This document shows positions 52,152 through 64,000 of a stretch of DNA of 64,000 nucleotides, in pieces. The position numbers and the translations under genes are program-made. This DNA is from Callorhinchus milii. Its lineage: Eukaryota. Where the stretch lies: the NCBI RefSeq assembly GCF_018977255.1, contig NW_024704745.1:15252001-15316000 (forward strand). The letters run 5' to 3'. Below the pieces are notes generated by a model that did not search any database, was not told where the DNA came from, and saw only the letters and a program-made list of their open reading frames with translations. Within the stretch, counting starts at the first letter, position 1. Each line of letters begins with the position of its first letter.

Positions 52152-53253
52152 CGTCGAAGCAGCGGCAAAGATTCACTGCTGAGGGATGGGGTGGGATGGT
52201 GGGGGGTGGGGGTGGGTGTGGATCGCTGCAAACTGCACTCCTCAATGAGTGTCCCCCCCCCCACCGCCACCCCCTTGTTTTTGGTACCCCAGATCAGCTA
52301 AAAGTTTCTGCTCTCAACAGCCCCCTCACCAATAGCTTTCTGCCGCGTGTACACCCAAAGCGATAACACTTTTATCACTGGAAGAAGACTTTGCATATAT
52401 GGAGAGCATTTTTTTTTTGGGGGGGTGGGATGGAGTTGTCACTCTGGGGGGGCAGTAAAGCTATGCCTTACTTTTCCAGATATGCAGGGTCTTGGGTATT
52501 CTTTAAAATATTCTAGGTTTGAGTGATCACATTGTTAGTGTCATTTCTGAGCAATATACAAGTGTGCTGATATCTCTCCATCTAAAGTGAACAGTAGCAT
52601 ATCTAAGATTGACTGTTCCCAGCAGATTTTACTCAGTCCAAAGCATATCTAATAAAAACAAGTTGCACAATTATATTTCCTCACACACACAATGTCAAAT
52701 TATTTATTTTGTGTTTGCATGACATTAATTTCAGCTGAACTAGCATAGAAAAAAGGATACTTTATGAATGCCTGCAGAATTAAATTAATACAAAATCTTA
52801 CCCTTTTTTCAATGTGTGTGTGGTGAATTGGCAAAAGTTGCATAAACAGTGCAATGACTTGTAAGAAGTACAGTATAAGTAACACTAAGGTGATAAGCAT
52901 TTCTTAAGAATTTGAAAGTGATGCATAATTCATTGGGAACAGCTCCAGCATGTCACCAAAGGTACATGTGATGATGTCCTTACATTGATGGCCTCCTTGT
53001 TCAGATTGTTTGAACCTCAGGATCTCTCAGACTTTCCAACTAACAGCAACTTGCATTTATACAGCATCCATCACTCAGGGCAGTAACTCGGAGCATCTAA
53101 AAGTGGCGGAACCCAAACTGGGGGGAGAGAGGAGGTGACCGTAAGCACAGTCGAAGAGGAAGCGATCTAAAGAAAGGGGAAGGAGGGGGCAGGTGGGGGG
53201 ATTGGGGAGAGAGAGTTCCAAAGCTTTGGGGGCAAATAACACATTATCTTACA

Positions 53254-54222
53254 CTAAGAGCAATAAAACGACGATTCCAAATGATTTCTCCTATCTGGGA
53301 ACTTTTTAAGGAAGCCTTTCAGCATTTCAGTAGCCTGCAGGTGCGATTCCGAATTGTACAAAGACAACGAAAGTAACAGCTGGTTGACAATGTTCATCAA
53401 ACAATCTTCGATCTCTTTCAGATCGCCATCAAGTTGGAAGCCGTCCTTCCTGGTCGCCAAGCGAACGCAGATGTTTCTTAACTCCACGCTGAGCTACAAA
53501 TCAAATAAACAAGAAGATATATTAGCAAAATGCAAATATTGGATTTGCCAATTTTTGCCAATTCACCACACACACATTGAAAAAAATCAAATGCACAGCG
53601 CGAGCTGATTTATGTGTCTCGATCTGACATTGGCGGTCAGGTTTTTCTTGATTATTAATATTGGCAGTGAGATATTTACCAAAGCTGTACACTCAAACGG
53701 TGACACAGGTGAGCGAAGAGGTTTGCACTCCCTCGTTTTAAACAGCAAAGAGTTGCCATTATTTCTTCGCGCATCTGCTTTAACGATGAGCGCGACAATA
53801 AAGTGGGTGTACACGTCGATGGGAAGTAGAAGTTTTCAGGACCTGTCCTGTGTGTCACCCCCCACCCCCTCTCCCCCTCCCTCCCTCCCTCCCTCCCCTT
53901 ACCCACAAGATGCCCCTCTCACCTTTAATTCCACAGGGAAGAAGTGTGGCTCCGGCAAAGGGCACAGTCCGCGCTGCTCCACGGCGGTCAGTTCGGAAGT
54001 CAGGTCCACGAAGCGGCTCAGTTTGCTCTCTCTGGCCATGTGGGCAATGGTCCGCCGGCTGTGCGGAGGACCCGGCGGGTGGCGGGTGGCCGGGCAGGGC
54101 TGGTCCGGGCAGGGCTGGTCCGGGCCAATGCATCGCTCGCTCTCCAGCCTCTGCCGCAGGGTCTTCAGAGCCACCCACTGGTGGTCGATGCACGTCTGCA
54201 AAGCGGCTGCTGGTCTGTGCAT
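53254..54222 (-). CDS. DLEU7: DLEU7 homologue copy 8: exons 54222-53923, 53493-53254
   Basis: Open frame, no L2 in intron. Confidence 0.88.
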
Positions 54223-55328
54223 CGTCGAAGCAGCGGCAAAGATTCACTGCTGAGGGATGGGGTGGGATGGGTGGGGGTGGGGTGGATCGCTGCAAACTGC
54301 ACTCCTCAATGAGTGCCCCCCCCCCCCCGCCACCCCCTTGTTTTTGGTACCCCAGATCAGCTAAAAGTTTCTGCTCTCATCAGCCCCCTCACCAATAGCT
54401 TTCTGCCGCGTGTACACCCAAAGCGATAACACTTTTATCACTGGAAGAAGACTTTGCATATATGGAGAGCATTTTTTTTGTGGGGGGTGGGGGGTGGGGT
54501 GGGATGGGGTGGGGGGATGAAAAGAACCAGCAAAGTTACCGACAGGGAGGTTTCCAGTTGCTAAAAGATTTCACCAGCAAATCCCAATTAGGCAGCAAAG
54601 AAAAAAAATACCCCCCCCCCCCTTCTCCCCCACACCCACCCCCCACACACACATGTTCCATCAATGAGATTTGGTTACATCGAGTTTACATAGCAATACA
54701 TCTATCTTGAAGCACATGGGTGTTTTGACTGAATCGCCTGAATTAGACGTTATTGCGATCACACCCAGTCTGCACCGCCTGTTTTCGTTCACGAATTGCT
54801 GGTCAATTCAAATGCAAAAATCGAGACGATGGGTTTGGCGTTGTCGTTATTCATTGCCAGGAAAGACCCATTGAAAGAAGCGTCTGGCGCTTCAAGGGAA
54901 GCTGTCTGCAGGAGGTGACAAACTGCTGCAGTTTGATGATCAGCAGCTGAACCGAGATACCTGGATGCAAGGATCACAACTCTCGATTTGATGTACTGCA
55001 ATACACTCTGTGGCACAAACTGCCACAATAATCCCTCCAAAACCCCAAACAATAATAAATCGGTCATTTTCAACCTACGATTGTCTGTGGGAAATTGCTG
55101 TGCCCGCACTTGGCTGCCGCGTTCGCCCACAAATATACAGTCAATTCACTTTACAGTGTGTACTGTGAAGCGCTTTGGGACGTCCTTCCGACGTGAAAAG
55201 CGCTATATCAAATGCAAGGATTATTATTATTATTAACAGAAAAAAAATACCGTGCGTGCTAAATATTAGAGGTGCTGCATTAAGTGCCAGGCCCTTGCAG
55301 GGACCGGCCCTTGCAGGGACCGGCCCTT

Positions 55329-55700
55329 GCTCCTCCACCCCCCGCACTGTCTCATGTGGTGTCCCTCAGGGCTCTGTCCTGGGTCCCCTCCTCTTCACCC
55401 TCTATATGCTCCCCCTCGGTGACATCATCCGCAGACATGGAGTTAACTTCCACATGTATGCGGATGACACCCAACTCTACCTTTCCTCCTCTCCTCTCAA
55501 CTCCACGACCACTGATGTCCTGACAGCCTGCCTGTCCGACATCGAGTCCTGGACGAGAGACAACTTTCTTCAGCTCAACGTGCGAAAAACCGAGGCCCTC
55601 CTGATTGGCTCACGTCAGCGCCTCCGCACCTAAGGTGCTGACACCATCAGCTTCCAAGGCTACACTCTCCACCTCTCAAAGCCAGTCAGGAACCTCGGCG
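55329..55700 (+). mobile_element. L2 reverse-transcriptase core fragment, copy with TCA>TAA stop
   Basis: Near-identical to 38211-38583. Confidence 0.9.
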
Positions 55701-56604
55701 TAATAACACTTTTATCACTGGAAGAAGACTTTGCATACATGGAGAGCATTTTTTTTGTGGTTGGGGGGTGGGGTGGGATGGGGTGGGGTGGGGGGATGAA
55801 AAGAACCAGCAAAGTTATCGACAGGGAGGTTTCCAGTTGCTAGAAGATTTCACCAGCAAATCCCAATTACGCAGCAAAGAAACAAAATACCCCCCCCCCC
55901 TTCTCCCCCACACCCACCCCCACACACACATTTTCCATCAATGAGATTTGGTTACATCGAGTTTACATAGCAATACATCTATCTTGAAGCACATGGGTGT
56001 TTTGACTGAATCGCCTGAATTAGACGTTATTGCGATCACACCCAGTCTGCACCGCCTGTTTTCGTTCACGAATTGCTGGTCAATTCAAATGCAAAAATCG
56101 AGACGATGGCTTTGGCGTTGTCGTTATTCATTGCCAGGAAAGACCCTTTGAAAGAAGCGTCTGGCGCTTCAAGGGAAGCTGTCTGCAGGAGGTGATAAAC
56201 TGCTGCAGTTTGATGATCAGCAGCTGAACCGAGATACCTGGATGCAAGGATCACAACTCTCGATTTGATGTACTGCAATACACTCTGTGGCACAAACTGC
56301 CACAATAATCCCTCCAAAACCCCAAACAATAATAAATCGGTCATTTTCAACCTACGATTGTCTGTGGGACATTGCTGTGCCCGCACTTGGCTGCCGCGTT
56401 CGCCCACAAATATACAGTCAATTCACTTTACAGTGTGTTCTGTGAAGCGCTTTGGGACGTCCTTCCGACGTGAAAAGCGCTATATCAAATGCAAGGATTA
56501 TTATTATTATTAACAGAAAAAAAATACCGTGCGTGCTAAATATTAGAGGTGCTGCATTAAGTGCCAGGCCCTTGCAGGGACCGGCCCTTGCAGGGACCGG
56601 CCCT

Positions 56605-56977
56605 TGCTCCTCCACCCCCCGCACTGTCTCATGTGGTGTCCCTCAGGGCTCTGTCCTGGGTCCCCTCCTCTTCACCCTCTATATGCTCCCCCTCGGTGAC
56701 ATCATCCGCAGACATGGAGTTAACTTCCACATGTATGCGGATGACACCCAACTCTACCTTTCCTCCTCTCCTCTCAACTCCACGACCACTGATGTCCTGA
56801 CAGCCTGCCTGTCCGACATCGAGTCCTGGACGAGAGACAACTTTCTTCAGCTCAACGTGCGAAAAACCGAGGCCCTCCTGATTGGCTCACGTCAGCGCCT
56901 CCGCACCTAAGGTGCTGACACCATCAGCTTCCAAGGCTACACTCTCCACCTCTCAAAGCCAGTCAGGAACCTCGGCG
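56605..56977 (+). mobile_element. L2 reverse-transcriptase core fragment, copy with TCA>TAA stop
   Basis: Tandem duplicate of the previous unit, 1277 bp period. Confidence 0.9.
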
Positions 56978-57831
56978 TAATAACACTTTTATCACTGGAA
57001 GAAGACTTTGCATACATGGAGAGCATTTTTTTTGTGGTTGGGGATAGGGTGGGATGGGGTGGGGTGGGGGGATGAAAAGAACCAGCAAAGTTACCGACAG
57101 GGAGGTTTCCAGTTGCTAGAAGATTTCACCAGCAAATCCCAATTACGCAGCAAAGAAACAAAATACCCCCCCCCCCCCTTCTCCCCCACACCCACCCCCA
57201 CACACACATTTTCCATCAATGAGATTTGGTTACATCGAGTTTACATAGCAATACATCTATCTTGAAGCACATGGGTGTTTTGACTGAATCGCCTGAATTA
57301 GACGTTATTGCGATCACACCCAGTCTGCACCGCCTGTTTTCGTTCACGAATTGCTGGTCAATTCAAATGCAAAAATCGAGACGATGGCTTTGGCGTTGTA
57401 CTTATTCATTGCCAGGAAAGACCCTTTGAAAGAAGCGTCTGGCGCTTCAAGGGAAGCTGTCTGCAGGAGGTGATAAACTGCTGCAGTTTGATGATCAGCA
57501 GCTGAACCGAGATACCTGGATGCAAGGATCACAACTCTCGATTTGATGTACTGCAATACACTCTGTGGCACAAACTGCCACAATAATCCCTCCAAAACCC
57601 CAAACAATAATAAATCGGTCATTTTCAACCTACGATTGTCTGTGGGACATTGCTGTGCCCGCACTTGGCTGCCGCGTTCGCCCACAAATCACTTTACAGT
57701 GTGTTCTGTGAAGCACTTTGGGATGTCCTCCCGACGTGAAAAGCGCTATATCAAATGCAAGGATTATTATTATTATTAACAGAAAAAAAATACCGTGCGT
57801 GCTAAATATTAGAGGTGCTGCATTAAGTGCC

Positions 57832-58093
57832 AGGCCCTCGCAGGGACCGGCCCTCGCAGGGACCGGCCCTCGCAGGGACCGGCCCTCGCAGGGACCGGCC
57901 CTCGCAGGGACCGGCCCTCGCAGGGACCGGCCCTCGCAGGGACCGGCCCTCGCAGGGACCGGCCCTCGCAGGGACCGGCCCTCGCAGGGACCGGCCCTCG
58001 CAGGGACCGGCCCTCGCAGGGACCGGCCCTCGCAGGGACCGGCCCTCGCAGGGACCGGCCCTCGCAGGGACCGGCCCTCGCAGGGACCGGCCC
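57832..58093. repeat. 16-bp minisatellite, variant GCAGGGACCGGCCCTC
   Basis: About 16 homogeneous units. Confidence 0.95.
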
Positions 58094-58562
58094 AAGGGTG
58101 GGGTGATTGGCAAGGAGGGCGTGTCGGGGCGGGGCGGGTGACTCGCGGGGCGGGGCGGGTGACTGGCAGGGAGGGCGGGGCGGGGCGGGTGACTGGCAGG
58201 GAGTGCGGGGCGGGGCGGGGCGGTTGACTCGCGGGGCGGGCGGGTGACTGGCAGGGAGGGCGGGGCGTGGCGGGTGACTGGCAGGGAGGGCGGGGCGGGT
58301 GACTGGCAGGGAGGGCGGGGCGGGTGACTGGCAGGGAGGGCGGGGCGGGTGACTGGCAGGGAGGGCGGGGCGGCGGGTGACTGGCAGGGAGGGCGGGGCG
58401 GGGCGGGTGACTGGCAGGGAGGCGGGGGGGGTGAATGGCAGGAGGGCGGGGCGGGTGACTGGCAGGGAGGGCGGGGCGGGGCGGGTGACTGGCAGGGAGG
58501 GCGGGGCGGGGCGGATTTCCTGGTGCCCCCCCCACCCCTTCTCCTGCACTCGGTGCAGCGCT

Positions 58563-58614
58563 GTGAGTGGGAGAGACGATGTTGTGATCCTCTCCGCAAC
58601 GAGAACCCCAATGG
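58563..58614 (+). pseudogene. ACAT2: ACAT2 exon 1 copy 4
   Basis: VSGRDDVVILSATRTPM(G)|gtaaca. Confidence 0.75.
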
Positions 58615-61600
58615 GTAACACAGAGAGAGCAGCGCCACAGACGGACAGCGGGTGGGGACCCCCGGACACTGGGGGGGACCCCCGGACACTGGGGGGGGAC
58701 CCCCGGACACTGGGGGTGTGTGTGTGTGTGTGGAGGCGCTGTAAGGTTTGCATTTAAGTACTGGAAATTCATTGCATTTCCCTCTGTTTTCTAACCTCTC
58801 TGAGGATCTGTGGCGTTTAGTTCTAAGGCTACCAACTGCCCTCCAGTAATAACTCAATCCAAGTCACAGGTGTGTTAGTTGCTTCTTTATTTTGTCTTTC
58901 CAAACTCTCAGTAAAGCACCACTTTACATCACACATTCTTTGTTCTCACTCCCAGTATCCTTTTATACTTTCTTTCATTGGCTCCTGTTAATTGATCCCA
59001 ATTGAGTATTCAACAGACATGAGCTGCAGAGTTCCGGATGATTTGCAGCTTGTGGAGGGAAAAGTTGGGATGGCTGACAAGCAGGGAGTTGGCATAGTCA
59101 AGCCTGGATGTGAAGAACGGGTGAATTAAGCTTACACTATAGAGGGTTACATTATAGACAATATATCTCATGTAAAGATTATTATTCTAAACCTGTATTG
59201 ATGTCCATCCTAGGTCAGGCAATAGGGAGGAGTACTTAGCTGGGAATGAAGGTTTATTGGAGGGAATTGTTAGTAGCAGGCATCACTGTATTCTGTTTGG
59301 TGATGAGTTTATTGTCTTCTGATAATCTCCATATGTCTTTCTTCCTTCAATTCCTGTCCATCTCCCATCACTCTGCCTATGTGTGAGAATGCGTGTGTCT
59401 CTTTCATGAGTCTTTATCTTTTAATTTTGTCTGTCTCCTGCAAATTGTGAGCTATATTCATTTGTTCTTTCTCATTTTTCATTCTCTTTTCCCTCATTCA
59501 CTCTCTCTTTCACAGTCAGTCACATCGCTATCTCTTTCTGTATATTTAGTTAAAAATAATAATGTATTAATAATGCATTGCATTTGATACAGCACCTTAT
59601 CATTCTCAAAGTACTTCACAAAATATACTGTAAAGTGAATTGACTGTATGTTTTGCGGGTGAAACGAGGCAGCCAATTGCGCACAGCAGTGTCCTACAAA
59701 CAGTCATGGATTAATACATAAAGAAAGCCTCTTTGCCTTCCAAAACTGTGGGGATTAGAGATTAATGAACAAGGTTGTTGGTATCATATCTTGGATTTTA
59801 GCAACGCAGTGATCATTTAAGTGTGAAGCAAGATCCAATTTGTGCTTACTCATCACCTTGAGCAGATAGGCTCAGATGCATATTAGTTTGCATTGGCTGC
59901 CCTTTGAGCGTACTTGGGCAATCCATTGAAAAGTCGCAAGATTTCAAAGGACCGTTCTTTAATGTTACAAAGAGTTGTTCTCAAGCTTCCCTGATGACCT
60001 AATGGATAAAGGGCCAGCACAAAGGTGTATAAGCAAAGATTGCAGACAGACTGAATTGATATAGACAGAACAGCAACTGGGACAGTTAATCTCAGTGCTC
60101 CTTTCACCAATTACTAGTCTAAATTCAGTCCTCGCACAAACTTGATGACTGAATGGTCTGCTAGAACATCGTATGTTTCTACACAGTGGGAGGAGCTGGG
60201 GATGAAACACTGATTCCTGGGACACCACTTGTCACTATAATAAATAATTATCCTTGCTTTTGTTATGGCGCTGTTCATATCAGGAAGATGGCTCAAAGTG
60301 CTTTACATGAGTTACTTAAAGCGTTGTGAAAATGATTATTTTGTAGAAAAACACAGTAGCCAATTTGTCACATCTAACATCCCATAAACAGCCATGAGGT
60401 GAATGATCAATTTTGTCTGGGAATTTTGGCCAGGATACCGGGAGAAACTCTTTTCTCCCTGCACTTCCCTTCTTCACTGCCTTCTAATTAGAGACTGTCC
60501 ATTTTATCACCAAAATTCAGCTTCCCAACTAAGTTCCTATCCATCACACACAACTGTCTCCATTTCCACGTTATTAATTCCATGTAGGAAAATGTAGGAT
60601 GTGTCTGTATCCCAGCACTTGTAGTACAAACTGTTTAACAATTTGCTTCACCAGTGATATTATCCTGTTTCTGATTTCCACATTCTTTACAGTGCTATTA
60701 AAGGCTGTTTGGTAGTGTAGTAGCAATATTATGTTATCAATTACCCTGAATCACACAACAAACATTCGGTCCTGAATTCAACACATATCTTGTCTCGCTA
60801 ATGCTGTACTTTTGGGATTGGGTGAATATGTTATTAGACACAGAAATGGCCAAACCGTACAAAGCTATGCCTTACTTTTCCAGATATGCAGGGTCTTGGG
60901 TATTCTTTAAAATATTCTAGGTTTGAGTGATCACATTGTTAGTGTCATTTCTGAGCAATATACAAGTGTGCTGATATCTCTCCATCTAAAGTGAACAGTA
61001 GCATATCTAAGATTGACTGTTCCCAGCAGATTTTACTCATTCCAAAGCATATCTAATAAAAACAAGTTGCACAATTATATTTCCTCACACACACAATGTC
61101 AAATTATTTATTTTGTGTTTGCATGACATTAATTTCAGCTGAACTAGCATAGAAAAAAGGATACTTTATGAATGCCTGCAGAATTAAATTAATACAAAAT
61201 CTTACCCTTTTTTCAATGTGTGTGTGGTGAATTGGCAAAAGTTGCATAAACAGTGCAATGACTTGTAAGAAGTACAGTATAAGTAACACTAAGGTGATAA
61301 GCATTTCTTAAGAATTTGAAAGTGATGCATAATTCATTGGGAACAGCTCCAGCATGTCACCAAAGTTACATGTGATGATGTCCTTACATTGATGGCCTCC
61401 TTGTTCAGATTGTTTGAACCTCAGGATCTCTCAGATTTTCCAACTAACAGCAACTTGCATTTATACAGCATCCATCACTCAGGGCAGTAACTCGGAGCAT
61501 CTAAAAGTGGCGGAACCCAAACTGGGGGGAGAGAGGAGGTGACCGTAAGCACAGTCGAAGAGGAAGCCATCTAAAGAAAGGGGAAGGAGGGGGCAGGTGG

Positions 61601-61657
61601 GGGGATTGGGGAGAGAGAGTTCCAAAGCTTTGGGGGCAAATAACACATTATCTTACA

Positions 61658-62602
61658 CTAAGAGCAATAAAACGACGATTCCAAATGATTTCTCCTATCT
61701 GGGAACTTTTTAAGGAAGCCTTTCAGCATTTCAGTAGCCTGCAGGTGCGATTCCGAATTGTACAAAGACAACGAAAGTAACAGCTGGTTGACAATGTTCA
61801 TCAAACAATCTTCGATCTCTTTCAGATCGCCATCAAGTTGGAAGCCGTCCTTCCTGGTCGCCAAGCGAACGCAGATGTTTCTTAACTCCACGCTGAGCTA
61901 CAAATCAAATAAACAAGAAGATCTATTAGCAAAATGCAAATATTGGATTTGCCAATTTTTGCCAATTCACCACACACACATTGAAAAAAATCAAATGCAC
62001 AGCGCGAGCTGATTTATGTGTCTCGATCTGACATTGGCGGTCAGGTTTTTCTTGATTGTTAATATTGGCAGTGAGATATTTACCAAAGCTGTACTCTCAA
62101 ACGGTGACACAGGTGAGCGATGAGGTTTGCACTCCCTCGTTTTAAACAGCAAAGAGTTGCCATTATTTCTTCGCGCATCTGCTTTAAGGATGAGCGCGAC
62201 AATAAAGTGGGTGTACACGTCGATGGGAAGTAGAAGTTTTCAGGACCTGTGTGTCACCCCCCACCCCCTCTCCCCCTCCCTCTCTCCCTCCCCTTACCCA
62301 CAAGATGCCCCTCTCACCTTTAATTCCACAGGGAAGAAGTGTGGCTCCGGCAAAGGGCACAGTCCGCGCTGCTCCACGGCGGTCAGTTCGGAAGTCAGGT
62401 CCACGAAGCGGCTCAGTTTGCTCTCTCTGGCCATGTGGGCAATGGTCCGCCGGCTGTGCGGAGGACCCGGCGGGTGGCGGGTGGCCGGGCTGGGCTGGTC
62501 CGGACCAATGCATCGCTCGCTCTCCAGCCTCTGCCGCAGGGTCTTCAGAGCCACCCACTGGTGGTCGATGCACGTCTGCAAAGCGGCTGCTGGTCTGTGC
62601 AT
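61658..62602 (-). CDS. DLEU7: DLEU7 homologue copy 9: exons 62602-62318, 61897-61658; 174 aa
   Basis: Open frame, one PDQPx unit fewer (15 nt, in frame). Confidence 0.88.
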
Positions 62603-63721
62603 CGTCGAAGCAGCGGCAAAGATTCACTGCTGAGGGATGGGGTGGGATGGTGGGGGTGGGGGTGGGGTGGGGGTGGGTGTGGATCGCTGCAAACTGCACT
62701 CCTCAATGAGTGTCTCCCCCCCCCCCCCCACCGCCACCCCCTTGTTTTTGGTACCCCAGATCAGCTAAAAGTTTCTGCTCTCAACAGCCCCCTCACCAAT
62801 AGCTTTCTGCCGCGTGTACACCCAAAGCGATAACACTTTTATCACTGGAAGAAGACTTTGCATATATGGAGAGCATTTTTTTTTTTGGGGGGGTGGGATG
62901 GAGTTGTCACTCTGGGGGGGCAGTAAAGCTATGCCTTACTTTTCCAGATATGCAGGGTCTTGGGTATTCTTTAAAATATTCTAGGTTTGAGTGATCACAT
63001 TGTTAGTGTCATTTCTGAGCAATATACAAGTGTGCTGATATCTCTCCATCTAAAGTGAACAGTAGCATATCTAAGATTGACTGTTCCCAGCAGATTTTAC
63101 TCAGTCCAAAGCATATCTAATAAAAACAAGTTGCACAATTATATTTCCTCACACACACAATGTCAAATTATTTATTTTGTGTTTGCATGACATTAATTTC
63201 AGCTGAACTAGCATAGAAAAAAGGATACTTTATGAATGCCTGCAGAATTAAATTAATACAAAATCTTACCCTTTTTTCAATGTGTGTGTGGTGAATTGGC
63301 AAAAGATGCATAAACAGTGCAATGACTTGTAAGAAGTACAGTATAAGTAACACTAAGGTGATAAGCATTTCTTAAGAATTTGAAAGTGATGCATAATCCA
63401 TTGGGAACAGCTCCAGCATGTCACCAAAGGTACATGTGATGATGTCCTTACATTGATGGCCTCCTTGTTCAGATTGTTTGAACCTCAGGATCTCTCAGAC
63501 TTTCCAACTAACAGCAACTTGCATTTATACAGCATCCATCACTCAGGGCAGTAACTCGGAGCATCTAAAAGTGGCGGAACCCAAACTGGGGGGAGAGAGG
63601 AGGTGACCGTAAGCACAGTCGAAGAGGAAGCGATCTAAAGAAAGGGGAAGGAGGGGGTAGGTGGGGGGATTGGGGAGAGAGAGTTCCAAAGATTTGGGGG
63701 CAAATAACACATTATCTTACA

Positions 63722-63961
63722 CTAAGAGCAATAAAACCACGATTCCAAATGATTTCTCCTATCTGGGAACTTTTTAAGGAAGCCTTTCAGCATTTCAGTA
63801 GCCTGCAGGTGCGATTCCGAATTGTACAAAGACAACGAAAGTAACAGCTGGTTGACAATGTTCATCAAACAATCTTCGATCTCTTTCAGATCGCCATCAA
63901 GCTGGAAGCCGTCCTTCCTGGTCGCCAAGCGAACGCAGATGTTTCTTAACTCCACGCTGAG
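63722..63961 (-). CDS. DLEU7: DLEU7 homologue copy 10, exon 2 only (exon 1 would lie beyond the window)
   Basis: Open exon 2 ending ESWFYCS*, acceptor intact. Confidence 0.8.
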   Translation of the reverse strand, partial: LSVELRNICVRLATRKDGFQLDGDLKEIEDCLMNIVNQLLLSLSLYNSESHLQATEMLKGFLKKFPDRRNHLESWFYCS

Positions 63962-64000
63962 CTACAAATCAACAACAACAACAACAACAACAAGATTCCA

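Larger units (their letters stand above)
22083..64000. repeat. Modular tandem segmental-duplication array (modules: ACAT2 promoter block, DLEU7 unit, DLEU7 5'-flank/SINE/L2 unit)
   Basis: Near-identical blocks recur; super-units start at about 22083, 39448, 47715 and 57832; runs off the right end. Confidence 0.95.

Overview
Vertebrate genomic DNA, most likely a cartilaginous fish; the tRNA-headed Deu-domain SINEs with L2 tails resemble those of elephant shark/chimaeras (inference). 1-6.9 kb: exons 1-4 of RNASEH2B on the minus strand, including a GC-AG intron, followed by G/C-skewed simple repeats and a 23-bp satellite. 10.9-13.9 kb: a truncated piece of the tail-to-tail ACAT2/TCP1 locus (ACAT2 exons 5-8, TCP1 exon 10 and part of exon 9, with the intronic H/ACA snoRNA SNORA20). 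17-21.5 kb: two orphan nectin-like Ig exons and a Tigger fragment. From about 22 kb to the window end lies a young, modular tandem array with nine complete, open, two-exon copies of a DLEU7 homologue, one frameshifted orphan exon 1 and one copy cut by the window edge. The array is interleaved with four copies of the ACAT2 GC-box promoter/exon 1, L2 reverse-transcriptase fragments and a 16-bp minisatellite that marks many junctions. Gene identities come from my recall of the human protein sequences and exon structures, not from a database search.
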